Assembly (NCBI GenBank): GCA_958413985.1
Contig: CATYVZ010000006.1
Location: 2,072 to 66,071, forward strand
Length of the DNA: 64,000 bases
Source: an uncultured Bacilli bacterium
Lineage (GTDB): Bacteria > Bacillota_I > Bacilli_A > RF39 > UBA660
Reading direction: 5' to 3'
Shown piece after piece: positions 26,373-36,733 of this stretch (within the stretch, counting starts at the first letter, position 1; each line of letters opens with the position of its first letter). The position numbers and the translations under genes were made by a program. Under the pieces are notes generated by a model. It did no database searches and was not told the DNA's origin. It saw only the letters and a list, made by a program, of their open reading frames with translations.

Positions 26373-28133
26373 CTATTCTAAAATAGCCTTAATTCTTCTA
26401 ACTCCTGCACTACTTGCTTCCTCTTTAACGATCTTAAACTTACCTAATTCACTGGTATTTTTCACATGTGGACCGCCACATAACTCTTTAGAAATATCAC
26501 CAATGCTATAAACAGTTACAATATCTGGATACTTCTCGATAAACATGCATTCAGCTCCAGATTTTATCGCTTCTTCCTTGCCCATTTCTACAACAGTGAC
26601 ATCTAATCCTTCATCGATCCAATCATTGACTAATTGTTCTGTTTTTTGCTTTTCTTCATCAGTTAATTTATGGTCACATGAAAAATCGAAACGCATTCTT
26701 TCACTAGTAATATTACTTCCTTTTTGATGAATATTTTTATCGACGACAATTTTTAAAGCTGCATTTAACAAATGAGTAGCTGTGTGATATTTTATTTCTT
26801 TATCTGAATCACCAGCTAAGCCACCTTTAAATTTACCACTTGAAGCAGTACGTGACAATTCCTGATGAGCTTTAAATTTCTCATTAAAACCTTCGATATC
26901 GACAACAATTCCTTTTTCATTAGCTAGTTCAACTGTCAATTCAATAGGAAAACCATAAGTATCGTATAGTTTAAACGCTAAATCTTTATTTAGTGATTTT
27001 TCTTTTAAATTGTCAGTTATTTTTTCAAACTCTTTTAATCCTTTAGCTAAAGTGCGGTTAAACTTATTTTTTTCATTAGTCAAACCTTCTAAAATGACTT
27101 CTTTATTTTTAGTTAATTCAGAATAGTATTGTGCATATTTATCGATAATCATATTAGCAATGATAACTTCCCAATTACTATTTTCATCAATCTCTAATTT
27201 TTTAGCATGTCGAATCGCACGTCTAATCAATCTTCTTAAAATATAACCTTGATCTGTATTAGAAGGTTTAATGCCAGCTTCATCACCTAATATAAAGACA
27301 GCCGTTCTGATATGGTCAGCAATTATTCTTATACTATTAGGATTTTCTTCATATGTATATTTTGCTAATTGTTCGATCTTTTTAACAATATCTATCCATA
27401 CACTTGATAGATAGTTGTCAGTAACACCTTCTAAAACAGCAACAACTCTTTCATATCCCATCCCAGTATCGACATTTTTTTGTGGTAGTTCAGTAATGTG
27501 ACCATCGTTATCTTTATAAAACTCCATAAATACATTATTCCATATTTCGACCCAACGTTCATCGTTTGGATCAAATTTAGCTGGTATTTCATCATTGCTT
27601 CGAAAATAAAATATTTCTGTATCTGGTCCGCAGGGCCCAGAATCGCCAGCAATCCAAAAATTATCTTCTTTTCCTAAATAGGCAATATGTTGATCACTTA
27701 TTCCTAAACTTTTCCAAATGTCAGCAGAGACATCATCTTTAGGAATATTGCCTTCACCTTTAAAAACTGTTACCGCTAATCTTTCGACAGGTATTTTTAA
27801 AATCTTAGTTAAAAATTCAAAACTATATCCAATACTTTCTTTTTTAAAGTAATCTCCTAATGACCAATTACCCAACATCTCAAAAAAAGTATGGTGTGTC
27901 ATATCGCCAACGCTGTCTAAATCGTTAGTTCGAATACATTTTTGATAGTCGACTAATCTTGTTCCATATGGATGTGGTCGTCCCATTAAATAAGGAATCA
28001 ACGGTTGCATTCCCGCTGTATTAAATAAAACGGAAGGATCATTTTCAGGAACCACCGGAGCTGAAGGGATCTGTTTGTGCCCTTTACTTATAAAAAAATC
28101 AATATATAAATCTTTAAGATTCATCTTTACCAC
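26373..28133 (-). CDS. alaS: alanyl-tRNA synthetase, short form (586 aa; catalytic, tRNA-recognition and editing domains, no C-Ala domain)
   Basis: N-terminus ...NDPSVLFNTAGMQP...HHTFFEMLGNWSLGDYFK..., editing-domain end ...HTATHLL...CGGPHV. Confidence 0.85.
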   Translation of the reverse strand: MVKMNLKDLYIDFFISKGHKQIPSAPVVPENDPSVLFNTAGMQPLIPYLMGRPHPYGTRLVDYQKCIRTNDLDSVGDMTHHTFFEMLGNWSLGDYFKKESIGYSFEFLTKILKIPVERLAVTVFKGEGNIPKDDVSADIWKSLGISDQHIAYLGKEDNFWIAGDSGPCGPDTEIFYFRSNDEIPAKFDPNDERWVEIWNNVFMEFYKDNDGHITELPQKNVDTGMGYERVVAVLEGVTDNYLSSVWIDIVKKIEQLAKYTYEENPNSIRIIADHIRTAVFILGDEAGIKPSNTDQGYILRRLIRRAIRHAKKLEIDENSNWEVIIANMIIDKYAQYYSELTKNKEVILEGLTNEKNKFNRTLAKGLKEFEKITDNLKEKSLNKDLAFKLYDTYGFPIELTVELANEKGIVVDIEGFNEKFKAHQELSRTASSGKFKGGLAGDSDKEIKYHTATHLLNAALKIVVDKNIHQKGSNITSERMRFDFSCDHKLTDEEKQKTEQLVNDWIDEGLDVTVVEMGKEEAIKSGAECMFIEKYPDIVTVYSIGDISKELCGGPHVKNTSELGKFKIVKEEASSAGVRRIKAILE

Positions 28134-28773
28134 CCTCTATAACTTTAGAAAATTCTGATACAACTTCTTCGATCGATAAATTAGTAGAATCAATATAAAC
28201 TTGCTCACTAGTTCGTTTTAAAGCTCCAACCTCTTTATGCATATCGTTATAATCTCTAAATTTTATGTTTTCTAACACATCATCATAACTAATATCGATG
28301 CCTTTTTCTTTGTTTTGCAACATTCTTCTCGCAACCCTTTGTTCTAACGATGCATCTAAATAAAACTTATATTGTGCGTCTGGAAAGACGACCGTAGTAA
28401 TATCTCTGCCTTCCATGACAACATCGTAATTACTGGCCATTTTTCTTTGCAAATCAACCATATTTTTTCTTACTTCAACGATACTTGAAATCGGTGAGAC
28501 AATTTCTGTCACTGCCTTACTTCTAATTTCATCAGTTACATCTTCACCATTTAAATAAACTTTATTATCCAAATCGATTCTAATATCGATCTTTCTAGAT
28601 AATTTTATAATTGCTTCTTTATCATTTAAAGTTAAATTGTTTTTCAAACAAGCTAAAGCTACACAACGATAAGTTGCCCCTGTATCGATGTTTACTAAAT
28701 TATACTTTTTCGATAATAGACTAGCTATGGTTCCTTTCCCACTGCCACAAGGACCATCGATTGCTACTTTCAT
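28114..28773 (-). CDS. cmk: cytidylate kinase
   Basis: MKVAIDGPCGSGKGT P-loop and the overall Cmk layout. Confidence 0.85.
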   Translation of the reverse strand: MKVAIDGPCGSGKGTIASLLSKKYNLVNIDTGATYRCVALACLKNNLTLNDKEAIIKLSRKIDIRIDLDNKVYLNGEDVTDEIRSKAVTEIVSPISSIVEVRKNMVDLQRKMASNYDVVMEGRDITTVVFPDAQYKFYLDASLEQRVARRMLQNKEKGIDISYDDVLENIKFRDYNDMHKEVGALKRTSEQVYIDSTNLSIEEVVSEFSKVIEGGKDES

Positions 28774-29310
28774 TTAAGAAACCTCCTTTAAAATATTTAT
28801 AATCTGTTTTTTTGTTTCGTTAATATCATTATTGTAAACGACATAATCAAAACCTTGATAATCATCTAAATTAGTTTCAGTTATATGATTTTTCTGTTCT
28901 AACGTTAAATTATTATCATCCTTATTAATTCTAATAGTTATACAATCAAATAAACTTTTAGGTATTTCTATTTCTTCGATCAATCGTGCATCAGTGATAA
29001 TAATAATATCAAAGAAACAACTATAAACTTTAATGTCTTCAACTAACCTTCTAATCAATAACTTATCGTCAATTTTTTTAACTAAATCTATTCCTAATGA
29101 TTGTAATAAATCACGTGGTTTATCTTGCTCACTACCATCCCAAGTAGTTATTTTTTTGATATATTGTTTTAAGTAATAAGCATAAGATAACTGAATGCAT
29201 TTTTTATCATGATAGTATTCTTCGATAAAGTCAGCTATTAAATTTTTACCACTTTTAGCTTTGCCAGATAAAATAAATATTTTAGGATTTCTATTATTAT
29301 ATTGCATCAT
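28774..29310 (-). CDS. P-loop NTPase, putative nucleoside/nucleotide kinase
   Basis: Walker A FILSGKAKSGKN and Walker-B-like IIITDAR. Family not resolved. Confidence 0.4.
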   Translation of the reverse strand: MMQYNNRNPKIFILSGKAKSGKNLIADFIEEYYHDKKCIQLSYAYYLKQYIKKITTWDGSEQDKPRDLLQSLGIDLVKKIDDKLLIRRLVEDIKVYSCFFDIIIITDARLIEEIEIPKSLFDCITIRINKDDNNLTLEQKNHITETNLDDYQGFDYVVYNNDINETKKQIINILKEVS

Positions 29311-29362
29311 CGATCACCAAATATAGTATATCAAAAAATAAAACAAAATTAAAGAAAAAAGA

Positions 29363-30520
29363 CTAGCTTTCGCTATCTTTTTGAAAATTTAAGAAATCAT
29401 ATTTTTCATCAAAATAATTTACCAATTCCTTAATTGCACCAATGATCGGTGTCGATAGAACCATACCGACGATCCCAAAGAAATAACCGAATACTAACAA
29501 TCCCAAGATAATCGTCACTGGATTTAATTTAGTTGTTTTACTCATTATATATGGCTGTAACAAATTACCCTCGACAGCTTGAACGACAATTATGAAAATT
29601 AAAATAGCAATTCCAATCGTTGGTGATTGAGTAAGTCCTACTAATACAGCAGGAGCACCTCCAATATAAGGTCCTGCATAAGGAATAACATTAGTTATAG
29701 CACAAAATACAGCAAACAACAATGGTGCTTTTAAACCAATGATAGAAAAACCAATCGCTGTAACGACAAAAATCACAGTACAATCGATTAAAGCTCCGTT
29801 GACAAATCTTTTTAATGGTTTATTGATAGCATTTAAACATTTCTTAGTTTCCTCGCGATGTCTTTTAGGAATTAACGTATACAAAGTATCAACATGTTTA
29901 TCAAAATCAAGCAATAGATAAAAACCAATAATCAAACCGATAGCAAATGTACCGATTCCAGAAAAAAGAGATTTTCCTAAATTAACGATAATTTCTGGTA
30001 ATGAACTAGTTAAATTAGTGGCAATTAATTCTATTTTTTTAAATATTTCACTTTTAACAGCCATCGCATCAAAACTAGCTGTACCATCAAGTTTACTAAA
30101 AACATCATCGATCCATCCTGTAACAGATTCAAGTAATTTAGGAATTGTCGATGTAACAAAATCATTTATTTGTTCTGACAAAACAGGAATTAAAGCTATA
30201 ATAACTAAAGAGATTATCCCTAAGAACAAAATATATGATAATGCTGCTGCTAGTCCACGTTTTAATCCTTTTTTATTTAAAAATTTTACAAATGGATCAA
30301 ACAACCAAGCAATTACAATACCGATAAACAAAGGAGCCAATATTTTTAAAATTGTAAAAATAAACGGTAAAATTTGTACTTCTTTGATCAATTTTATAAT
30401 ATAGTAAGCTCCAATTACAATCAAAAGGATAACCAATATTTTTAAAATAATATGACCCAATGAAACAAGATCATTTAATTTATTATAGTTTAAACCTTTA
30501 TCGTCTTTTTTTTTCAACAT
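29363..30520 (-). CDS. AI-2E family transporter (PerM/YtvI-like permease)
   Basis: 385 aa, 8 TM segments, characteristic layout. Confidence 0.65.
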   Translation of the reverse strand: MLKKKDDKGLNYNKLNDLVSLGHIILKILVILLIVIGAYYIIKLIKEVQILPFIFTILKILAPLFIGIVIAWLFDPFVKFLNKKGLKRGLAAALSYILFLGIISLVIIALIPVLSEQINDFVTSTIPKLLESVTGWIDDVFSKLDGTASFDAMAVKSEIFKKIELIATNLTSSLPEIIVNLGKSLFSGIGTFAIGLIIGFYLLLDFDKHVDTLYTLIPKRHREETKKCLNAINKPLKRFVNGALIDCTVIFVVTAIGFSIIGLKAPLLFAVFCAITNVIPYAGPYIGGAPAVLVGLTQSPTIGIAILIFIIVVQAVEGNLLQPYIMSKTTKLNPVTIILGLLVFGYFFGIVGMVLSTPIIGAIKELVNYFDEKYDFLNFQKDSES

Positions 30521-30531
30521 ATAAATTCCCC

Positions 30532-31074
30532 CTATATGCTTAATAATTCTTTTTCTTTTAAAGCTAATTTTTCATCGATTATTTTATTATATTTGTTAAT
30601 TAGTTCTTGAATTTCATCACAAGCATACTTTATGTCGTCTTCAGGGATCTCTAGCTTTTTGACATCGTTATTAGCTTCTTGGCGAATATTCCTTAAAGCT
30701 ATTTTAGCGTCTTCAGCAATCGTTTTTGCCTGTTTAACATAATCCTTTCTTGTTTCTTCTGTCAAGGCCGGAATGTTTAAGATAATAATCTCACCATTAT
30801 TATTTGGCGTAAGGCCAATATTAGCTTCATAGATCCCTTTTTCAATAGCATTTAAAGCACTTTTATCAAAAGGTTTAATCGCTAATTGTCTAGCTTCAGG
30901 AATCGAAATGTTCGCTAATTGTTTTAAAGGTGTATCGACACCATAATAATTAACGACGACGCTATCTAAAATAGCTGGATTAGCACGACCTGCTCTAATA
31001 TTTAGCAATCTTTTATCTAAGCTATCGATAGTCCCTTCCATTCTACTTTCAGTTTCTAATAAAATATCATCCAT
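30532..31074 (-). CDS. frr: ribosome recycling factor
   Basis: ...NIRAGRANPAILDSVVVNYYG...PALTEETRKDYVK... matches RRF throughout. Confidence 0.9.
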   Translation of the reverse strand: MDDILLETESRMEGTIDSLDKRLLNIRAGRANPAILDSVVVNYYGVDTPLKQLANISIPEARQLAIKPFDKSALNAIEKGIYEANIGLTPNNNGEIIILNIPALTEETRKDYVKQAKTIAEDAKIALRNIRQEANNDVKKLEIPEDDIKYACDEIQELINKYNKIIDEKLALKEKELLSI

Positions 31075-31693
31075 AAATTTTCTCCTTTATATTTTTAATC
31101 CTTTCTTCGTAGTCACCATTAGTAATATAACTACCTACTACAATTATATCAGCATTTTTTACTAAATCAATAGTATCAATATTAATACCACCATCAACTT
31201 CGATTAAGAAATGGTCACCTATCTCCTTTAACTTGTTAATCTTATCTACTGCACTTAAAAGAAATGATTGTCCACCAGTTCCCGGTTCGACACTCATAAC
31301 CAGTACTAAATCGATATAAGGTAAAAATGGCTTAATTTGTTCAACAGTCGTCTTTGGTTTGATCGATAATCCAACTTTAATACCATATTGTTTAATATAT
31401 TCGATCACCTTCATTATATCATAATTTGTTTCATAATGAAATGTAATATAATCTGGTTTTAAAGTTTGAAATTGATCGATATATTTATAAACATCATCCA
31501 CCATTAAATGAACATCTAAAGGTTTATTATGATTGATCAAGTTCTTAATTTGTTCAATATCCCAAGTTTTATTTACGACAAAACGACCATCCATTATATC
31601 TAAATGAAGATAATCGATATCTGTTTTAGTTAACTTAGCAATGTTTTCTTTTAAATTATCCTTGATCGATAAAAATGAAGCCGAAATTTTCAT
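31067..31693 (-). CDS. rpe: ribulose-phosphate 3-epimerase
   Basis: ...DIMDGRFV... and ...VDGGIN... motifs; conserved position after rsgA. Confidence 0.85.
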   Translation of the reverse strand: MKISASFLSIKDNLKENIAKLTKTDIDYLHLDIMDGRFVVNKTWDIEQIKNLINHNKPLDVHLMVDDVYKYIDQFQTLKPDYITFHYETNYDIMKVIEYIKQYGIKVGLSIKPKTTVEQIKPFLPYIDLVLVMSVEPGTGGQSFLLSAVDKINKLKEIGDHFLIEVDGGINIDTIDLVKNADIIVVGSYITNGDYEERIKNIKEKIYG

Positions 31694-32517
31694 ATTGTTT
31701 CCTTCCTTAAAAATTTAATGTAATTTTCATAACGTGAAGGCAAAATATCTTTACCTAATCTTCTTTTAATTTCACAATCTTCCTCTTTGTCATGAAAGCA
31801 ATCTTTATATGCACAATATTGACGGTAATTATTAAACTCCACAAAATTATCTTTAATATCTTCTTTAGTTAATTCTTTTAGTGAAAGAGAAGAAAAACCG
31901 GGAGTATCGGCACATAGGCCACCTAAAACAGATAATAATTCGACATGTCTAGTCGTATGCTTTCCCCTACCTAAAGCTTGTGAAATAACATTGGTTTTTA
32001 AATTTAAAGTGTTATCTAAAATGTTTAATAAAGTCGATTTGCCTGCTCCTGATTGACCAGCAAAGACTGTTATTTTATCTTTAAATATTTCTTTTATTTT
32101 GGGATCTTGATTATCGAAAACTTGATAACCAATTTTTTGATAATAATCTTTTATTTTAGAAATTTGTTTACAATCATCTAGTAAATCTAATTTGGTAAAA
32201 CAAATAAGCGGCCTGATGTTGTTTGCTTCGATTAAACAAAGTAACTTATCTAATAAATACAAATCTAAATCTGGTTCTTTTACACTAACCACGATTAAAG
32301 ACTGATCGATATTAGCAATCGGTGGTCTAATTAAACTATTGCGTCTTGGTTTAACTTCTAAAATAATTTTTTTGTTCTCATCAAAAACCACATTGTCGCC
32401 AACTAGCAAGGTCGTTTTCATATTTCTAAACTTTCCCCTTGCCTGACACGTATATTCTTTGTCTGATAAAACGGTAAAAGAATTGCTGATAATTTTGATT
32501 ATCTTGCCTTCCATCAA
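31690..32517 (-). CDS. rsgA: ribosome small-subunit biogenesis GTPase RsgA
   Basis: GQSGAGKSTLLN G1 motif and a C-terminal zinc-finger cysteine cluster. Confidence 0.85.
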   Translation of the reverse strand: MMEGKIIKIISNSFTVLSDKEYTCQARGKFRNMKTTLLVGDNVVFDENKKIILEVKPRRNSLIRPPIANIDQSLIVVSVKEPDLDLYLLDKLLCLIEANNIRPLICFTKLDLLDDCKQISKIKDYYQKIGYQVFDNQDPKIKEIFKDKITVFAGQSGAGKSTLLNILDNTLNLKTNVISQALGRGKHTTRHVELLSVLGGLCADTPGFSSLSLKELTKEDIKDNFVEFNNYRQYCAYKDCFHDKEEDCEIKRRLGKDILPSRYENYIKFLRKETI

Positions 32518-34238
32518 TCAATATCCTCAAGTGAATCTGATGTACCAATCGGTGTTTTCTCAGTAACTGTAATTGTCAAAGTAGAACCACTGATAACTTC
32601 TCCGGTTCGGTTTTGACTAATAATAGTGCCTGCTTCATATTCATCTCTTACTACATACTCAATATTTAAAGTAATATCGTTCTTTGCACAGAAATCACTT
32701 ACTTCATCGACACTATAACCTTCTTGAACAAAATCAGGATACTCGATTGTGAAAACAGCATAATATAGTACGATTGTATCACCTGGTTCTAGAACAGTTC
32801 CTTTCTTTGCACTTTGATCGATGACATCGAACTCTTTATATTTAAAGTTTTCTTGTTCTTCTTTTTCAACTTTTCTCTGTTCGACAATAACATTTAAGCC
32901 CGCATTTTTTAAATTAGCTTCGGCCGTTTTATAATTGATTCCAGAATAATCATCCATGGTTATATTATCGCTTTTTTTAGCAATGATGATCGTCACTTCA
33001 GTCCCTTCTTTAACTGTCCTTCCTACTTGTGGACTAGTTCCGATAACTTTACCAGCTTCGATATCGTCGGTTTCTCTTTCTTGAATTTCACTAGCTACTG
33101 ATAGTCCATACTCTTTTAACTTAGCTTCGGCTTCAACTACTGTCAAATTATTAACATCCGGTATTGTGACATCGGGTACGGCAACTAAACGTGGATAAAT
33201 AATGACAAATAAACAAATCAAAGCAACTAATCCAGCACAGATTCCTCCTGTTATCCATAAAGCTTTATCCTTGGTTCGTTTCTTTTCTTTTACTTTTGGC
33301 ACTTCTAATTCCTCCTTCGCACTTTTATCTACCCGGTTTAAATTAGGCATCACTTTAGTTTCATCTAGATCGTTTTCAGCATATTTATAGACGAGTCTTT
33401 GTTGTTGTAAACCATCAGGAGTCAAAGCATTTTGAATATCGTCGTACATTTCTTTAGCTGAGTCATATCTATTTTTAGGATTCTTAGCACAAGCTTTCAA
33501 AACAATATTTTCAATCGATTGGGGAATATCAGGATTTTGTTTGCAGATTGAAGGAATTGGTTCTTTCATCTGTTTGATCGCAATTTCAACAGCATTATCG
33601 CCTTTAAAAGGCACCTTCCCAATTAATAACTCATACATTAAAATTCCTAAAGAATAAATATCTGATTTGATCGTCGAACCACTGCCATTAGCCTGTTCTG
33701 GCGGTAAGTAGTGAACTGAACCCATTACAGAGTTGGTTTGGGTTAGTTCATTACTATTTAAAGCCATCGCAATTCCAAAGTCCATGATCTTAACTTTACC
33801 ATCTTCTAAAATCATGACATTCTGAGGTTTGATATCGCGATGAATAATATAACTATCGTGAGCACACATAACCGCACTTAACAACTGAGTCATTATATCC
33901 ATGACTTCCGGAAGGGTTAAAGCTCCTCTTTTTTTAACTAAACTTTTAAGCGTTTTACCACTTACATATTCCATGACAATGTAATATTGCCCATTGTCTT
34001 CACCAACATCATACATCTCGACGATATTAGGGTGATTTAATTTACTAGCAGACAAAGCCTCTCTTTGAAAACGTCTAACAAACTTTTCATCGTCAGCCAA
34101 ATCACCTCTTAAAATTTTTACGGCAACTTGTCTATTTAAGATCGTATCTAAAGCTAAGTAAACATTAGCCATACCACCTTCACCGATCGTCTTAATAATT
34201 TGATATCTATCGTTTATCTTATCTCCTTTTGTAATCAT
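32514..34238 (-). CDS. prkC: Ser/Thr protein kinase with PASTA repeats (PrkC/Stk1-like)
   Basis: Hanks kinase motifs (HRDIKPQN, DFGIA), a TM segment and C-terminal PASTA repeats. Confidence 0.85.
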   Translation of the reverse strand: MITKGDKINDRYQIIKTIGEGGMANVYLALDTILNRQVAVKILRGDLADDEKFVRRFQREALSASKLNHPNIVEMYDVGEDNGQYYIVMEYVSGKTLKSLVKKRGALTLPEVMDIMTQLLSAVMCAHDSYIIHRDIKPQNVMILEDGKVKIMDFGIAMALNSNELTQTNSVMGSVHYLPPEQANGSGSTIKSDIYSLGILMYELLIGKVPFKGDNAVEIAIKQMKEPIPSICKQNPDIPQSIENIVLKACAKNPKNRYDSAKEMYDDIQNALTPDGLQQQRLVYKYAENDLDETKVMPNLNRVDKSAKEELEVPKVKEKKRTKDKALWITGGICAGLVALICLFVIIYPRLVAVPDVTIPDVNNLTVVEAEAKLKEYGLSVASEIQERETDDIEAGKVIGTSPQVGRTVKEGTEVTIIIAKKSDNITMDDYSGINYKTAEANLKNAGLNVIVEQRKVEKEEQENFKYKEFDVIDQSAKKGTVLEPGDTIVLYYAVFTIEYPDFVQEGYSVDEVSDFCAKNDITLNIEYVVRDEYEAGTIISQNRTGEVISGSTLTITVTEKTPIGTSDSLEDID

Positions 34239-34975
34239 TTGTTCACACCATCCTTTAAATACGCTATCGATATATTGTCAGTTCCCCCGCGATTATTACA
34301 TTTGACAACTAATTTTTTTAACCTTTCATCTAACGAAACATCTTCGTCTAATAAAACTTTTGCAATCTGTTCATCATCTAACATGTTAGTTAAACCATCG
34401 CTACATAATAAGATTCCATCGACATCTCTTTCGACATCAAAAATATCCATCTCGACAGTATTGGTAGCTCCTAAAGCTCTCATTAAAACATTCTTTCGTG
34501 GGTGTTCTTTCGCTTCGTCCAAAGTCAATTCACCAGATTTAACTAAAAGACTTACCAAAGTATGATCTGTTGTGATTTTGTGTAATTTATTTTTTCTTAA
34601 AACATAACCAGAAGAATCACCAATGTTGCCAAATAAAAGAAAATCTTTAGTTAAAATTGCCAAGACGATCGTTGTCCCCATACCTGAACTTTCTTTATGT
34701 TCACTAGTATATTTATATAATAAGACATTAGCCTCGCTAACTATTTCTTTAATAAAACTAATAGCATCCTCTTTGGTTCCAACTGAACTAATAGAACCGA
34801 AACGTTTACCGATATGCGAAATTGCAATCGAAGAAGCAATTTCACCACCACAATGGCCACCCATACCATCGGCAACCGCTAGTAAAATTTCACCCATTTG
34901 GTTTTCTTTGATAATAACACTATCTTCGTTATGATCTCTAACTTTACCAGGATCAGTCAAATATGCATATTCCAT
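34235..34975 (-). CDS. prpC: PP2C-family Ser/Thr phosphatase (PrpC/Stp)
   Basis: DGMGGH and ...CSDGL... PP2C motifs; operon partner of prkC. Confidence 0.85.
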   Translation of the reverse strand: MEYAYLTDPGKVRDHNEDSVIIKENQMGEILLAVADGMGGHCGGEIASSIAISHIGKRFGSISSVGTKEDAISFIKEIVSEANVLLYKYTSEHKESSGMGTTIVLAILTKDFLLFGNIGDSSGYVLRKNKLHKITTDHTLVSLLVKSGELTLDEAKEHPRKNVLMRALGATNTVEMDIFDVERDVDGILLCSDGLTNMLDDEQIAKVLLDEDVSLDERLKKLVVKCNNRGGTDNISIAYLKDGVNK

Positions 34976-34977
34976 CG

Positions 34978-36003
34978 TTATTCCTCCCTATGATTAGCGC
35001 GCAGTTGTCCACATGCAGCGCTGACATTTTTACCAAATTCTTTTCTTATCGTCACATTGATTTTATTTTGCTTTAAAACATCAAAAAATTTTAAAATCGT
35101 TTTTTGAACACTTTTTTTTAAATTAATATAACTTGTTTCATTATACGGAATCAAATTAACATAACAATTCATTCCCTTTAAAAGATCAACTAATTCTAAA
35201 GCATTTTCTAATTTATCATTAACACCATCTAATAAAATATATTCAAACGTAACTCGTCTATTAGTCACTTTAATATATTCCTTTAAAACTTTAATTAATT
35301 GGTCTAATTTATATACTTTGTTAATTGGCATTATCTCGCTTCTTAATTTATCGTTAGAAGCATGAAGACTAATCGCTAAATTAACTTGTTTGCCATCTTT
35401 AATAAACTGTCTTATCTTAGGAACTAATCCACAAGTAGAAACAGTAATATGGCGACTTCCTAAAGCAATTCCTTTAGGATGATTGATAATATTGATAAAT
35501 TTAATAACATTATCATAATTATCAAAAGGTTCACCGATACCCATTAAAACTAGATGTGTAATCCGACAGTTTAAATCTTTTTCGATTGCTAAAAGTTGCA
35601 AAACCATTTCGCTAGTTTCTAGATTACGAACTTTTTTTAGTCTTCCACTTTCACAAAATTTACAACCCATATTACAACCAACTTGAGTTGAAATACATAA
35701 ACTAAGACCATAGTCATGTCTCATCAAAACGGCCTCTATTTTGTTGCCATCTTCTAGTTTAAATAAATACTTACAAACATCTACATCGTTTTGTTTGACG
35801 ACAATTTTTAAATCACTAATAACAAAATCATTTTTTAAAGATGCAATTATATCTTTTCTAAGGTTAGTCATTTCTTCAAAAGATGTAACTCTTTTACGAT
35901 ATAACCATTCAAATACTTGAGTTGCCTTAAATTTTTTTTCGCCTTTTTCTAAAAAATATTGTTCTAATTGTTCTATTGAATAATCATATATATTCATAAT
36001 CAC
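34978..36003 (-). CDS. rlmN: 23S rRNA (adenine2503-C2)/tRNA methyltransferase RlmN (radical SAM)
   Basis: CNMGCKFCESG radical SAM motif and the conserved rlmN-prpC-prkC-rsgA-rpe order. Confidence 0.85.
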   Translation of the reverse strand: MIMNIYDYSIEQLEQYFLEKGEKKFKATQVFEWLYRKRVTSFEEMTNLRKDIIASLKNDFVISDLKIVVKQNDVDVCKYLFKLEDGNKIEAVLMRHDYGLSLCISTQVGCNMGCKFCESGRLKKVRNLETSEMVLQLLAIEKDLNCRITHLVLMGIGEPFDNYDNVIKFINIINHPKGIALGSRHITVSTCGLVPKIRQFIKDGKQVNLAISLHASNDKLRSEIMPINKVYKLDQLIKVLKEYIKVTNRRVTFEYILLDGVNDKLENALELVDLLKGMNCYVNLIPYNETSYINLKKSVQKTILKFFDVLKQNKINVTIRKEFGKNVSAACGQLRANHREE

Positions 36004-36098
36004 ACCCTAATAATATTATATCATAAATTGCTTTTTTTTTAAATTAATATACGATAAGAAAAAACTACTGTCAAGTAGTTGTAATAAGTATTTATCTT

Positions 36099-36317
36099 TT
36101 ATTTTAAATTTTTAATTTCATCTAAAAAAATTTTATCTGGTTTGGTTTTAAATATTTTAGCAATTTTGAAAGCCATACTGTATTTTAAAGTTCTTTGTCC
36201 ATTTTCTATTTGCCAATAATAACATTTACTAATATTTAACTTATCAGCCATCTTTTGATAAGTAAGCCCTTCTTTTTTTCGCAATTCCTGCAATTTTTTA
36301 AAACATGTTTCAGTCAT
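36099..36317 (-). CDS. XRE-family HTH transcriptional regulator (72 aa)
   Basis: HTH_3 motif LTYQKMADKLNISKCYYWQIENGQR. Confidence 0.6.
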   Translation of the reverse strand: MTETCFKKLQELRKKEGLTYQKMADKLNISKCYYWQIENGQRTLKYSMAFKIAKIFKTKPDKIFLDEIKNLK

Positions 36318-36432
36318 AAATTAATCCCTTTCTTTTTTTATTTTAACATATTTTTAACACAAAGTACATATATTAAATGTAGTTGTTTTCTATTTGTTTA
36401 TGAGAAGATTTATTTGAATGACAGGTGATTTT

Positions 36433-36672
36433 ATGAAAATCGATAAAGATGATAACAAATACATATATGTAATTGTCGGTAAGAACATTAAAAGAATTAG
36501 AAAATCAAAAGGTTTAACGCAAGTACAACTAGCTGATTTAGTTAAATATAACGAAGGAACGATCGCTAATATTGAAAACGACAGTTATCAGACTTTTAGT
36601 CTTGAATTTGTCTATGTTGTATCTAAAGAACTTAAAGTTCCTATCGAAGAATTCTTTAAAGATATTGATTAA
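36433..36672 (+). CDS. XRE-family HTH transcriptional regulator (79 aa), divergent from 36099..36317
   Basis: LTQVQLADLVKYNEGTIANIEN HTH. The start at 36433 has an AGGTGA RBS. Confidence 0.55.
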   Translation: MKIDKDDNKYIYVIVGKNIKRIRKSKGLTQVQLADLVKYNEGTIANIENDSYQTFSLEFVYVVSKELKVPIEEFFKDID

Positions 36673-36733
36673 CAATCTTTCTTAATTCTTACAGAACAAA
36701 AATATGCTTTCAAATTAGCATATTTTTTAATTG

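Noticed and set aside
30018-30404. 128-aa + strand ORF
   Set aside because: Antisense to the AI-2E transporter gene. No independent signals.
34200-34934. Two + strand ORFs (121 and 103 aa)
   Set aside because: Antisense to prpC/prkC. Low-complexity translations.
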